A DNA stretch of 64,000 nt from positions 1,388-65,387 of the forward strand of contig DASQMI010000069.1 in the NCBI GenBank assembly GCA_035645555.1, read 5' to 3'. The DNA comes from Lysobacter sp. GTDB taxonomy: Bacteria; Pseudomonadota; Gammaproteobacteria; Xanthomonadales; Xanthomonadaceae. The position numbers and the translations under genes were made by a program. Position 1 is the first letter of the stretch; each line of letters opens with the position of its first letter. A model generated the notes under the pieces. That model saw only the letters and a program-made list of their open reading frames with translations, was not told where the DNA came from and made no database searches. This document shows, in pieces, positions 42,539-52,188 of this stretch.

Positions 42539-43183
42539 ATGGCGACAGACACAATCACGCTGCACGAGTTGCGCAGGGCCGAGGCCGAGGAGGCCGAGGC
42601 GGTGCTGGTCGATGCGTTCGCCGATTACGCGGTGATGCGCTACGTGCTGGGCGATGCGCCCGGCTATCCGGAGCGGGTGCGCCGCCTGATCGGCCTGTTC
42701 GCCGCCGGGCGCTGGCTGCGCGGGCATCCGGTGCTGGGCGCGCGCGATGGCGATGGCCGCCTGGTGGCGGTGGCGGCACTGACCCCGCCCGGCGAGCACC
42801 TGACCCCGCCGGAGCTGGAGGCGCTCGCCGAGCAGACCTGGGGCGAGCTCGGCGACGACGCCCGCGCGCGCTACGCGCAGCTGCAGGCGGCGTGGGCGCG
42901 CGGCGATGCGGTGGCGGCGGCGGTGCCGCGCTGGCATCTCAATATGCTCGGTGTGCTGCGCGCCGAGCACGGCCGCGGCCACGGCGCGCGGCTGCTGCAG
43001 ACCGTGCAGGCGCGTGCGGCGGCCGATCCGGTCGCGCACGGGGTCGACCTGACCACCGAGCACGAACCCAATCTTGCGTTCTATGCCCGCTATGGCTTCG
43101 CGGTGGTGATGGAGGCGCGGGTCGATCCGATGCTCACCACCTGGCGGCTGGTGGCCGACCACCGCGCCGCAGCGGACGGCTGA
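42539..43183 (+). CDS. GNAT family N-acetyltransferase
   Basis: WHLNMLGVLRAEHGRGHGARLL (motif A); NLAFYARYGF. Confidence 0.85.
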   Translation: MATDTITLHELRRAEAEEAEAVLVDAFADYAVMRYVLGDAPGYPERVRRLIGLFAAGRWLRGHPVLGARDGDGRLVAVAALTPPGEHLTPPELEALAEQTWGELGDDARARYAQLQAAWARGDAVAAAVPRWHLNMLGVLRAEHGRGHGARLLQTVQARAAADPVAHGVDLTTEHEPNLAFYARYGFAVVMEARVDPMLTTWRLVADHRAAADG

Positions 43184-43190
43184 ACCGGCT

Positions 43191-43862
43191 TCAGCGCACC
43201 TGCTGCACCTGCAGCTCCAGCGTCTCGTCCTTGCGCTGCTGCACGATCCGCGCCGGCACCGGCAGGCCGTCGACGATCCACGCGGTGATGCGCTTCTTGC
43301 CGTCCTGGTTGACCACCTTGGTGGCGCGCATCGGCTTGCCGTCGACCTGGATGGTCTCGTGGCCGGCGACGGTGTACACCAGCTGCTTGACCCGGCCGTC
43401 CTCGACCATGCGGTAGCGCAGCGGCTTGCCGGCGGCGACGTCGCGCACCAGCGCGAGGTTGACCAGCAGCGCGTCCAGATCGCCCGGCTTGAGCGCGATC
43501 GGACCGGCGCGGTCGGCCTTCACGTCGCCGCTCCAGGTCGCCACCCCGCGCGCCCAGTCGTAGGTCGCGTTCTTGTTGGTCTTCTTCACCAGCAGCAGGC
43601 TCGAGTCGCTGCCCGACAGCGGGCGCCACTGGTCGTCGCGCTCCTCGAACACGGTGCTCTGGCTGAGGTCCGCCACCTGGTTGCGCACGTTGAGGGTGTA
43701 GCGCCAGCGGTTGCCCTCGCGCGCGAGCGTCATCCGGCCTTGGCCGGTCATGCCCATGTAGCTCGCGACGTAGTCGGCGGTGAACGGCTTGAGCGCCCAC
43801 GCCGGCGCGCTGGCGATCAGCAGTGCGAGCATGAGCAGCGGCAGGCGGACGCGTCGGAACAT
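43191..43862 (-). CDS. DUF3108-like secreted protein
   Basis: Signal peptide ending AWA; LKPFTADY; QSTVFE; PVPARIVQ; paralog of the upstream gene. Confidence 0.78.
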   Translation of the reverse strand: MFRRVRLPLLMLALLIASAPAWALKPFTADYVASYMGMTGQGRMTLAREGNRWRYTLNVRNQVADLSQSTVFEERDDQWRPLSGSDSSLLLVKKTNKNATYDWARGVATWSGDVKADRAGPIALKPGDLDALLVNLALVRDVAAGKPLRYRMVEDGRVKQLVYTVAGHETIQVDGKPMRATKVVNQDGKKRITAWIVDGLPVPARIVQQRKDETLELQVQQVR

Positions 43863-44569
43863 CAGGGAGCTCCCTTGTATTCGATCAGGCGCAGGTCGTA
43901 ACTGTCCTCGCCATTCTCTCGTTGCAGGATGCGGATCGGGGTCGGCACGCCCTGCGCCACCCAGATCGCCATGTCTTCGTTGCCGCCGCGCACCCGGCTG
44001 ACACGCAGCGCGCTGAAGCCGAGGTCGCCGGCGGTCATGCTCTCCGGCTCGGTAGCGACCACGTATTGGTGGTCGCGCGCGCGGCCGTCGTCGACGAAAC
44101 GGTAGTGCAGGGTAGCGCCCGGCTGCGCGTCGCGGATGACTGCCAGATTGATGAGCAGGCCGCTCATGTCGCCGTCCTGCAGCGCGATCGGGCCGCGGCG
44201 GGTGTCCTTCACGTCGCCGGTCCAGCGCGCGACGCGGCGCTTCCAGTCGTACACGCCGACGGTCTGCCGGCGCGAGAATAGCAGCTTGCGCACGGTGCTC
44301 TGGCTGACCGGGCGGTATTGCGCGCCGACGACATCGAACACCGTGCTCTGCTCGGCGTGGATGCCGGTCAGCGCGGCCACGCCCGAACCGCTCACGCTGA
44401 GGTCCACGCGCCAGCGGTTGGGCCCGGTCTGCAGCAGTTGCAACGTGGCCTCGCCCATGCGGCGGTCGCCGCGGTACACCTCGTAATGGGCGAGGAAAGG
44501 CTCCAGCGCGTGCGCGGTGAGCGGGGACAGCCACAACAGGGCGGCGAGCAGGATCGGCAGTCGGGTCAT
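43862..44569 (-). CDS. DUF3108-like secreted protein
   Basis: Signal peptide ending AHA; LEPFLAHY; EQSTVFD; PTPIRILQRE. Confidence 0.78.
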   Translation of the reverse strand: MTRLPILLAALLWLSPLTAHALEPFLAHYEVYRGDRRMGEATLQLLQTGPNRWRVDLSVSGSGVAALTGIHAEQSTVFDVVGAQYRPVSQSTVRKLLFSRRQTVGVYDWKRRVARWTGDVKDTRRGPIALQDGDMSGLLINLAVIRDAQPGATLHYRFVDDGRARDHQYVVATEPESMTAGDLGFSALRVSRVRGGNEDMAIWVAQGVPTPIRILQRENGEDSYDLRLIEYKGAP

Positions 44570-45228
44570 GGATGGAGTCGGTCGTCCGTGTCGAGTTGCA
44601 GCGGCCGCGCGAGCGGCACGCCGTCCAGCAGCACGCGCTGGCGCTCGAGCGCCAACCGGCCTTCGGCGATCCAGCGCAGGGCCTGGACCAGCAGCGGGTG
44701 CTCGCGCGCCAGCACGCGCGCGCCGAGCGCCGCCTCGTCGTCGCCGGCCAGCACCGGCACGCGCGCCTGCGCGATCACCGGGCCGCCATCGAGCTCGGCG
44801 GTCACGTAGTGCACGCTGGCGCCATGCTCGGCCACGCCCGCGGCCAGCGCCTGGCGGTGGGTGTGCAGGCCCTTGAACGCCGGCAGCAGCGACGGGTGGA
44901 TGTTGACGATCCGCCCCAGCCGCGCGCCGACCACGGCCTCGCTCAGCAGGCGCATGTATCCGGCACAGACGATGAGGTCCGGCTGAACCGCATCCACCGC
45001 CTCGAACAGGCGGCGGTCGAACGTCGGACGGTCCGGGCACTCGCGCGGGGCGAGCGCCCAGGCCGGCACCCCGGCCGCACGCGCGCGCTCCAGCGCCGCC
45101 GCTGCCGGCCGGTCGGAGAACACGCCGACCACCCGGGCCGGCAGCGCGCCGGCGGCGATCGCGTCGAGCATCGCCTGCAGGTTGCTGCCGCGCCCGGAAG
45201 CGAGCACGGCGATGCGCAGTTCCGCCAT
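44566..45228 (-). CDS. purN: Phosphoribosylglycinamide formyltransferase
   Basis: LASGRGSNLQA; NIHPSLLPAFKG; GASVHYVTAELDGGP. Confidence 0.97.
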   Translation of the reverse strand: MAELRIAVLASGRGSNLQAMLDAIAAGALPARVVGVFSDRPAAAALERARAAGVPAWALAPRECPDRPTFDRRLFEAVDAVQPDLIVCAGYMRLLSEAVVGARLGRIVNIHPSLLPAFKGLHTHRQALAAGVAEHGASVHYVTAELDGGPVIAQARVPVLAGDDEAALGARVLAREHPLLVQALRWIAEGRLALERQRVLLDGVPLARPLQLDTDDRLHP

Positions 45229-45232
45229 CGGC

Positions 45233-46264
45233 TCAGCCGATCCGCACCCGTTCGTCGCCGCTGCGGGCGACCACGCGCCCGATTTCCCGGTGCGGCAGGC
45301 CCATGCGGGCGAGATCGGCGGCGACCGCGGCGACGTCGCCGGGCGCGAGCACCAGCACGAAGCCGACGCCGCAGTTGAACGTGCGCCACATCTCCTCGTC
45401 GGGCACTGCGCCTTCGCGCTGCAGCCAGTCGAACACCGGCGGCAGCACGATGCTCGAGGCCTCGATGTCGAGGCCTAGGCCGTCGGGGATCACCCGGATG
45501 ATGTTCTCGGTGAGCCCGCCGCCGGTGATGTGGGCCATCGCGTGCAGGTCGTGCGCGGCCAGCAGCTCCAGCACCGGTTTCACGTACAGCCGGGTGGGCT
45601 CCATCAGCGCGTCGATCAGCTTCACGCCGCCGAGGTCGAGCTCGGCCGGACGGCCGGCGCGATCGTAGATCTTGCGGATCAGCGAATAGCCGTTGGAATG
45701 CGGGCCGCTGGACGCGATGCCGAGCAGCACGTCGCCCTCGCGGACCTTGGAGCCGTCGACCAGCTTCGACTTCTCGACCGCGGCCACGCAGAAGCCCGCG
45801 AGGTCGTATTCGCCCGGCGGGTACATGTCGGGCATCTCGGCGGTCTCGCCGCCGATCAGCGCGCAGCCGGACAGCTCGCACCCCTTGGCGATGCCGCCGA
45901 CCACCGCGACCGTGGTGTCGACGTCGAGCTTGCCGGTGGCGAAATAGTCGAGGAAGAACAGCGGCTCGGCGCCCTGCACCAGCACGTCGTTGACGCACAT
46001 CGCCACCAGGTCGATGCCGATGGTGTCGTGACGGTTGAGCTGCTGCGCCAGCTTGAGCTTGGTGCCGACGCCGTCGGTGCCGGAGACCAGCACCGGCTCC
46101 TTGTACTTGCCGGACAGGTCGAACAGCGCGCCGAAGCCGCCGAGCCCGCCCATCACCTCGGGCCGGAAGCTGCGCTTCACCAGCGGCTTGATGCGTTCGA
46201 CGACTTCGTTGCCCGCGTCGATGTCGACGCCGGCATCGCGGTAGGTGAGCGGAGTGGGGGTCAT
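45233..46264 (-). CDS. purM: Phosphoribosylformylglycinamidine cyclo-ligase
   Basis: [13 protein letters not shown]; GTDGVGTKL; GGETAEMP; HSNGYSL; AHITGGG; TFNCGVG. Confidence 0.98.
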   Translation of the reverse strand: MTPTPLTYRDAGVDIDAGNEVVERIKPLVKRSFRPEVMGGLGGFGALFDLSGKYKEPVLVSGTDGVGTKLKLAQQLNRHDTIGIDLVAMCVNDVLVQGAEPLFFLDYFATGKLDVDTTVAVVGGIAKGCELSGCALIGGETAEMPDMYPPGEYDLAGFCVAAVEKSKLVDGSKVREGDVLLGIASSGPHSNGYSLIRKIYDRAGRPAELDLGGVKLIDALMEPTRLYVKPVLELLAAHDLHAMAHITGGGLTENIIRVIPDGLGLDIEASSIVLPPVFDWLQREGAVPDEEMWRTFNCGVGFVLVLAPGDVAAVAADLARMGLPHREIGRVVARSGDERVRIG

Positions 46265-46383
46265 TGCCAGGCCCGAGCGGCGAAGACCGCGATTCTACCA
46301 AGCGCGCCCGCCGCGACCGGGCCGAATGGACGGCTCACGTCCGCTGCGGCACCATTCGGGCGATTTCCTGAATCGGGACCACG

Positions 46384-47463
46384 ATGCTCCGGGCCTTCCG
46401 CACGACCTCGCTGTTCCTCCTCCTGGCGGCCTCGTGGCTGGTCGCGCTGCCGGCCGCCGCCCAGCGCGTGGAAGGCGAGCGCGTGCGCGCGGACGGCATG
46501 TACGCCGCCGAGATCCCGGTCCACACCCAGGGCGAAGGCGAGCGCAATGCCGGCTTCGCGCGCGGCCTGGCGCAGGTGCTGTCGAAGCTGTCCGGCGATG
46601 CCGCGGTCAGCTCGCGCCCGGGCGTGGGCCAGGAACTGCGGCGCGCGCGCGAGTACGTCGAAGGCTACGACTACCGCCAGGACGAGGCGCGCTCGCCGAG
46701 CGGGGCGCCGATCTTCCGCACCACGCTGGTGATCCGCTACGACGCCGAGAAGGTCGACGAGCTGACCGCAGTGCTCGGGCTCCCGCTGTGGCCGCAGCCG
46801 CGGCCCAAGCCGGTGCTGTGGATGGCGATCGACGACGGCCGCGGCCCGCGGCTGGTCGGGCTGGCGCAGGTCAACGCCGCACGTGCCGCGCTGGCGCGCG
46901 CCGAGGAGCGTGGCTACAAGCTCGGGCTGCCCGCCGGCAACGCCGCCGAGCAGGCGCTGGTGGGCGCGATCTGGCGCGGCGACACCGCCGCGGTCGCGCG
47001 GGTCTCCGCGCGCTACAGCCCGCCCATGCAGCTGATCGGCAAGGTCTACCGCGACAAGGCCGGCTGGATCGGCGAGTGGATTTTCGTCGACGGCGGCAAG
47101 ATCCTGCACCGCTGGTCGGTCAGCAAGCCCGACGCGCGCCAGGTGATGGCCGCCGGCGCGGACGGCGCCGCCGACGCGCTCGCCAAGCGTTACGCCAAGC
47201 GTAGTCCGACCGGTACGCCCGGCACCTATCCGGTGCGCTTCGTTGGCCTGCGCTCGGCCGAGGACTACATGCGGCTGTCCGGCTTCCTGCAGAAGCTCGC
47301 GGTGGTGCGGCGTATCACCCCGGTGCGGGCGACGCCGGAGGGCGTGGAGCTGCAGCTGGAACTGGTCAGCGGCCTGGCCGGCTTCCGTCGCGCGGTCGGC
47401 GAACAGGCGCCGATCGAGCCGGTGAGCGCCGAGGGCGAAGCGCCCGTCTACCGCCTGCGCTGA
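46384..47463 (+). CDS. DUF2066-like exported protein
   Basis: Signal peptide; WPQPRPKPVLW; position divergent from purM and upstream of the AI-2E gene. Confidence 0.78.
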   Translation: MLRAFRTTSLFLLLAASWLVALPAAAQRVEGERVRADGMYAAEIPVHTQGEGERNAGFARGLAQVLSKLSGDAAVSSRPGVGQELRRAREYVEGYDYRQDEARSPSGAPIFRTTLVIRYDAEKVDELTAVLGLPLWPQPRPKPVLWMAIDDGRGPRLVGLAQVNAARAALARAEERGYKLGLPAGNAAEQALVGAIWRGDTAAVARVSARYSPPMQLIGKVYRDKAGWIGEWIFVDGGKILHRWSVSKPDARQVMAAGADGAADALAKRYAKRSPTGTPGTYPVRFVGLRSAEDYMRLSGFLQKLAVVRRITPVRATPEGVELQLELVSGLAGFRRAVGEQAPIEPVSAEGEAPVYRLR

Positions 47464-47476
47464 CACCGGAGCCGCC

Positions 47477-48619
47477 ATGGACGCCAGCGTTTCCCTGCGC
47501 GAGATCGCGACCTTCCTGCGCCGCCTGCAGTGGGCGGCGATCGCGTTCGCGGTGCTGTGGCTGCTGTGGCTGCTGGCGCCGGTGCTGACGCCGTTCGCGT
47601 TTGCCGCGCTGCTCGGCTGGCTCGGCGATCCGATGGTCGACCGGCTGCAGGAGAAAGGCTTCTCGCGCAACGTCGCGGTGGCGCTGGTGTTCACCGTGAT
47701 GGCGCTGGCGATGACGGTGGTGCTGGTGCTGCTGGTGCCGATGGTCGAGCGCCAGGTGGTGACCCTGGTCGAATCGTTGCCGCGCTATCGAGACTGGCTG
47801 CTCGACAGCGCGCTGCCGTGGCTGGAAGCGCGCACCGGGATGGAGCTCACCGTCTGGCTCGACATGAACCGGCTGATCGAGCTGATCCGGCAGCACTGGG
47901 AGCGCGCCGGCGGCGTGGCTGCCACCGTGCTGGCTTATGTCTCGCGTTCCGGATTCGCGCTGCTGGGGTGGCTCGCCAACCTGGTGCTGCTGCCGGTGCT
48001 GACGTTCTTCTTCCTGCGCGACTGGGACACGCTGGTGACGCGGGTGGCGTCGCTGATCCCGCGCGACCGCATCGATGGGGTCGCGCGGCTGGCGCGCGAG
48101 TCCAGCGACGTGCTCGGAGCGTTCCTGCGCGGGCAGTTCCTGGTGATGCTGATCCTCGGCGCGTTCTACGGCGCGGGGCTGTGGGCGGTGGGCCTCGACC
48201 TCGGCCTGCTGATAGGCATGATTGCCGGCCTGCTGACCTTCATCCCGTATGTCGGTCCCGCCAGCGGCATCGTGCTCGGTAGCATCGCCGCGCTGGTGCA
48301 GTACGGCGACTGGCAGCACCTGGCCGGGGTGGCGGCGGTGTTCGGCGTCGGCCAGGTGATCGAGAGCTACTGGCTGACCCCGAAGCTGGTCGGCGACCGC
48401 ATCGGCCTGCATCCGATGGCGGTGATCTTCGCGGTGCTCGCCGGTGGCCAGCTGTTCGGCTTCCTCGGCATGCTGCTCGCGCTGCCGGTGGCGGCGGTGG
48501 CGAACGTGCTGTTGCGCCATGTCGAGCAGCGTTACACCCACAGCCGTCTGTACATCGGCAACGGGCCGCAGATCGTCACCGGTGCGTCGCGCAGCGACAC
48601 GCCGGACGCATCGGAATGA
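47477..48619 (+). CDS. AI-2E family transporter (PerM-like)
   Basis: Multi-TM; LGAFLRGQ; FIPYVG; PKLVGDRIGLHP; GGQLFGFLGMLLALP. Confidence 0.92.
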   Translation: MDASVSLREIATFLRRLQWAAIAFAVLWLLWLLAPVLTPFAFAALLGWLGDPMVDRLQEKGFSRNVAVALVFTVMALAMTVVLVLLVPMVERQVVTLVESLPRYRDWLLDSALPWLEARTGMELTVWLDMNRLIELIRQHWERAGGVAATVLAYVSRSGFALLGWLANLVLLPVLTFFFLRDWDTLVTRVASLIPRDRIDGVARLARESSDVLGAFLRGQFLVMLILGAFYGAGLWAVGLDLGLLIGMIAGLLTFIPYVGPASGIVLGSIAALVQYGDWQHLAGVAAVFGVGQVIESYWLTPKLVGDRIGLHPMAVIFAVLAGGQLFGFLGMLLALPVAAVANVLLRHVEQRYTHSRLYIGNGPQIVTGASRSDTPDASE

Positions 48620-49350
48620 GCGCCGTGCCCGAGCGCGACGATCCGGCCGCGCGCGCCTCGCCGCAGCTGCCGCTGGCGCTGCGCTATCCGCCCGACCAGC
48701 GCCTGGAAACCTGGATCGCCCCGCCCACCGGTGCCGCGGCGCTGGTGCGCGCCACCGCGCGCGGCGAGCGTGTCGAGTGGCTCTACCTGACCGGGCCGGC
48801 CGGCGTCGGCAAGACCCACGTGCTGCTGGGCGCCTGTGCCGAGGCCGAGGCCTGCGGCCGGCGCGCGGCCTACCTGCCGCTGGCGGTCGCACGCGGCCGG
48901 CTCGCGCAGGCGCTGGCCGCGCTTGAAGGCCACGACCTGATCGCACTCGACGGCGTGGAAGCGATCGCCGGCGCGCGCGAGGACGAAGTGGCGCTGTTCG
49001 ACGCGCACAACCGCGCGCGTGCGGCCGGCAGCACCGTGCTGTACGCCGCACGCGACATCCCCGATGCGCTCGGCCTGACGCTGCCCGACCTGCGCTCGCG
49101 ATTGGCGCAGTGCGCGCGGATCGCGCTGGCGGCGCTCGACGACGACGGCCGCCGCGAGGTGCTGCGCCAGCGCGCGCAGCGCCGCGGGCTGGTGCTGGAC
49201 GACGCTGCGCTCGACTGGCTGCTGCGCCGGGCGCAGCGCGATCTCGCCAGCCTGACCGGACTGCTCGACCAGCTCGATCGGGCCTCGCTCGCCGCACAGC
49301 GGCGGATCACCGTGCCGTTCCTGCGGCAGACGCTCGGCGGCGAGCTGTAG
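48616..49350 (+). CDS. hda: DnaA regulatory inactivator Hda
   Basis: QLPLAL clamp-binding motif; GPAGVGKTH; PDLRSRL; RRITVPF. Confidence 0.93.
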   Translation: MSAVPERDDPAARASPQLPLALRYPPDQRLETWIAPPTGAAALVRATARGERVEWLYLTGPAGVGKTHVLLGACAEAEACGRRAAYLPLAVARGRLAQALAALEGHDLIALDGVEAIAGAREDEVALFDAHNRARAAGSTVLYAARDIPDALGLTLPDLRSRLAQCARIALAALDDDGRREVLRQRAQRRGLVLDDAALDWLLRRAQRDLASLTGLLDQLDRASLAAQRRITVPFLRQTLGGEL

Positions 49351-49428
49351 GAGCGGCTTCAGCCGCGACGGCTTCGGGTCGCGCTATTCGAGTCGTCCCC
49401 ACGGATCGCGGCTGAAGCCGCTCCTTAC
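49347..49428. repeat. Inverted REP doublet (REPIN-like)
   Basis: GTAGGAGCGGCTTCAGCCGCGA at 49347-49368 (overlaps the hda TAG) and its reverse complement with a 1-nt insertion at 49406-49428. Confidence 0.88.
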
Positions 49429-49438
49429 GGTGCCGCTG

Positions 49439-50146
49439 CTATGGCACAGCGGTCAGGGCGCGATCGAGCGCGCTCAGGCGGTCGGGCGTGCCGACGTCGG
49501 TCCAGCGCCCGCGGTGGTGCTCGCCGGTGACCGCATCGCGCGCCATCGCCGCGACGAGCAGCGGCGCCAGCTTGAAGCGCGGCGGCGTCGCGTCCGCGCC
49601 CGGCGCATTGCCGATCACCGTGCGCCAGTGGCGCAGCACGCTCGGCCGGTAGACGCCGATCCCCGCGAACGTCAGCCGCGTGGCGCCATCGGCGCGCACG
49701 TGGCCGGTGTCGTCGAGCGCGAAATCGCCGCGCGGGTGGTGCGCGGGATTGTCGACCAGCACCAGGTGCGCCTCGCCATGCGGTTCGGCCGGCAGGCGCG
49801 CGAAGTCGTAATCGGTCCAGATGTCGCCATTGACGGCGACGAACGGCTCATCGCCCAGCCAAGGGAGCGCGTTGTGCATGCCGCCGCCGGTTTCCAGCGG
49901 CACCGGGCCTTCGTAGACGAAGTGCAGTTTCAGGCCCCAGTCGCTGCCGTCGCCCAGCACCTGCGGGAACTGCTCGGCCAGCCACGAGGTGTTCACCACC
50001 ACCTCGCGCACGCCGAGCACGGCGAGCTTCTCCAGATGCCAGGCGATCAGCGGCTTGCCGCCAGCGCGCAGCAGCGGTTTCGGCGTGTGCTCGGTGAGCG
50101 GACGCATGCGCTCGCCGAGGCCGGCGGCGAACACCAGCGCCTTCAT
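49439..50146 (-). CDS. murU: N-acetylmuramate alpha-1-phosphate uridylyltransferase
   Basis: MKALVFAAGLGERMRPLT; LETGGG; NGDIWTD; WTDVGTPDRL; coupled to amgK. Confidence 0.9.
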   Translation of the reverse strand: MKALVFAAGLGERMRPLTEHTPKPLLRAGGKPLIAWHLEKLAVLGVREVVVNTSWLAEQFPQVLGDGSDWGLKLHFVYEGPVPLETGGGMHNALPWLGDEPFVAVNGDIWTDYDFARLPAEPHGEAHLVLVDNPAHHPRGDFALDDTGHVRADGATRLTFAGIGVYRPSVLRHWRTVIGNAPGADATPPRFKLAPLLVAAMARDAVTGEHHRGRWTDVGTPDRLSALDRALTAVP

Positions 50147-51153
50147 GGGTGACGTGCCAGCGCCGGGCGCACGATGCGCTCGATGAGCGCGGCCAGCGGC
50201 GCGAGCTCCGGATAGCGCGGCAGCACTGTGTCGAGATAGCCGAAGAAGCGCGGCACGTCGGCGAGGTACTTCGGCTTGCCGTCGCGGTGGCACAGACGCG
50301 CAAAGATCCCGATCACCTTCAGGTGGCGCTGCACGCCGATCCAATCGGCGTCACGGCGGAAACGCGCGCGGTCCGGCACCGGCAGCCCGGCCTCGAGCGC
50401 TCGCGCGTGGTAGCGGTCGAGCCACGCATCGACGCGCGCCTCGGGCCAGCTCACGAACGCGTCCTTGAACAGACAGATCGGGTCGTAGGCGATCGGTCCG
50501 CACACCGCGTCCTGGAAATCGAGCACCGCCGGACCGTCGCGCGCCGGCATCAGGTTGCGCGGCATGAAGTCGCGGTGCACCAGCACGCGCGGCTGCGCCA
50601 GCGCCGCGTCGATCAGCCGGCGGTAGACAAGGTCGAGCACCTCCAGCGCCTCGCAGTCGAGCGTCAGCCCGAGGTGGCGGCCGAGGAACCACTCGTCGAA
50701 CAGCCGCAGCTCGCGCGCCAGCAGCGCCTCGTCGTAGACGGGAAACCCTTCCGGACAGGCGATCGCCTGCAGCTTCAGCAGCTGGCCGACGGCGTCGTCG
50801 AACAGCGCGTCGGCGTTGCCGGCGTCGATCACCTGCAGATAGGTTTCGCTGCCGAGATCCTCGAGCAGCAGGAAGCCGGCCTCGACGTCCTGCGCCAGCA
50901 CCCGCGGCACCCGCACGCCGCCGTCGACCAGCAGCTCGCGGATGCGCAGCCACGGCCGCACGTCCTCCTTGTCCGGCGGCGAGTCCATCACGATCACGCT
51001 GCCGTGGGGCCCGCGCCCGCGCCAGTAGCTGCGGAAGCCGGCGTCCGCGGAGGCACGCTCGAGCTGCAGGTCGGGTTCGCCGGCGGCGCGGCGTGCCCAG
51101 GCGAGGCGCGCGTCGGCGCGCGCGTCCAGCGGAACGGTATCGGTGGCGGTCAT
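50143..51153 (-). CDS. amgK: N-acetylmuramate/N-acetylglucosamine kinase (APH family)
   Basis: ASADAGFRSYWR; VMDSPP; LLEDLG; VHRDFMPRNL; LDFQDA; QRHLKVIGIFARL. Confidence 0.9.
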   Translation of the reverse strand: MTATDTVPLDARADARLAWARRAAGEPDLQLERASADAGFRSYWRGRGPHGSVIVMDSPPDKEDVRPWLRIRELLVDGGVRVPRVLAQDVEAGFLLLEDLGSETYLQVIDAGNADALFDDAVGQLLKLQAIACPEGFPVYDEALLARELRLFDEWFLGRHLGLTLDCEALEVLDLVYRRLIDAALAQPRVLVHRDFMPRNLMPARDGPAVLDFQDAVCGPIAYDPICLFKDAFVSWPEARVDAWLDRYHARALEAGLPVPDRARFRRDADWIGVQRHLKVIGIFARLCHRDGKPKYLADVPRFFGYLDTVLPRYPELAPLAALIERIVRPALARHP

Positions 51154-51246
51154 GCAGGGACGGGTAAGGAATGCGGCGGCAGTCGGCACAGCCTACCCAG
51201 TTCGTGACGCGCCCGTCATGCGACCGGAAGCGTTCGGCGGCATTTT

Positions 51247-51262
51247 GGTGCACGATTGCACC
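51247..51262. promoter_or_regulatory. Perfect palindrome GGTGCA-N4-TGCACC upstream of cysD (putative operator)
   Basis: 6-4-6 inverted repeat 20 nt upstream of the cysD ATG, in the amgK/cysD divergent region. Confidence 0.45.
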
Positions 51263-51282
51263 CCCGCTTAGCCGTCCGCCGT

Positions 51283-52188
51283 ATGCAACGCACGCTTTCC
51301 CACCTAGACCGCCTGGAAGCCGAGAGCCTGCACATCCTGCGCGAGGTGGCGGCTGGGTTCCGCAACCCGGTGATGCTGTATTCGATCGGCAAGGACAGCT
51401 CGGTGCTGCTGCACCTGTTGCTGAAGGCGTTCGCGCCTGGCAGGCCGCCGATCCCGTTGCTGCACGTCGATACCGGCTGGAAGTTCCGCGAGATGATCGC
51501 GTTCCGCGACCGGCGCGCCGCCGAAACCGGGGTGACCCTGCACGTGCATACCAATCCCGAGGGGCTGGCGCGCGGCATCAATCCGATCGAGCACGGCGCC
51601 ACCGTGCACACCGACGTCATGAAGACACAGGCGCTCAAGCAGGCGCTCGACAGGTTCGGCTTCGACGCCGCGATCGGCGGTGCGCGTCGCGACGAGGAGA
51701 AGTCGCGCGCGAAGGAACGGGTGTTTTCGTTCCGCAACGCGCAGCACCGCTGGGACCCGAAGAACCAGCGTCCCGAGCTGTGGAACCTGTACAACACGCG
51801 CATCCATCGCGGCGAAAGCGTGCGCGTGTTCCCCCTGTCGAACTGGACCGAGCTGGACGTCTGGCTCTACATCTACCGCGAGCGCATCCCGGTGCCGTCG
51901 CTGTACCTCGCCGCCGAACGCCCGGTGGTGGAGCGCGACGGCGCGCTGATCATGGTCGACGACGAGCGCTTCCCGCTGCGCGACGGCGAGACGCCGCAGC
52001 GCCGCAAGGTGCGCTTCCGCACGCTCGGCTGCTATCCGCTGACCGGCGCGATCGAGTCCGACGCCGACACGCTGGAAAAGGTGATCGCCGAGACGCTTGC
52101 GGCCACCAGCTCCGAGCGGCAGGGCCGGGTGATCGACCACGATCCGGCCGCGTCGATGGAGAAGAAGAAGCAGGAGGGCTACTTCTGA
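51283..52188 (+). CDS. cysD: Sulfate adenylyltransferase subunit 2
   Basis: [10 protein letters not shown]; [20 protein letters not shown]; QRPELW; [12 protein letters not shown]; [10 protein letters not shown]. Confidence 0.97.
   Translation: MQRTLSHLDRLEAESLHILREVAAGFRNPVMLYSIGKDSSVLLHLLLKAFAPGRPPIPLLHVDTGWKFREMIAFRDRRAAETGVTLHVHTNPEGLARGINPIEHGATVHTDVMKTQALKQALDRFGFDAAIGGARRDEEKSRAKERVFSFRNAQHRWDPKNQRPELWNLYNTRIHRGESVRVFPLSNWTELDVWLYIYRERIPVPSLYLAAERPVVERDGALIMVDDERFPLRDGETPQRRKVRFRTLGCYPLTGAIESDADTLEKVIAETLAATSSERQGRVIDHDPAASMEKKKQEGYF

Noticed and set aside
51246-51260. Sigma54 promoter (TGG...TTGC) upstream of cysD
   Set aside because: GG-to-GC spacing is 9 nt; sigma54 requires 10.
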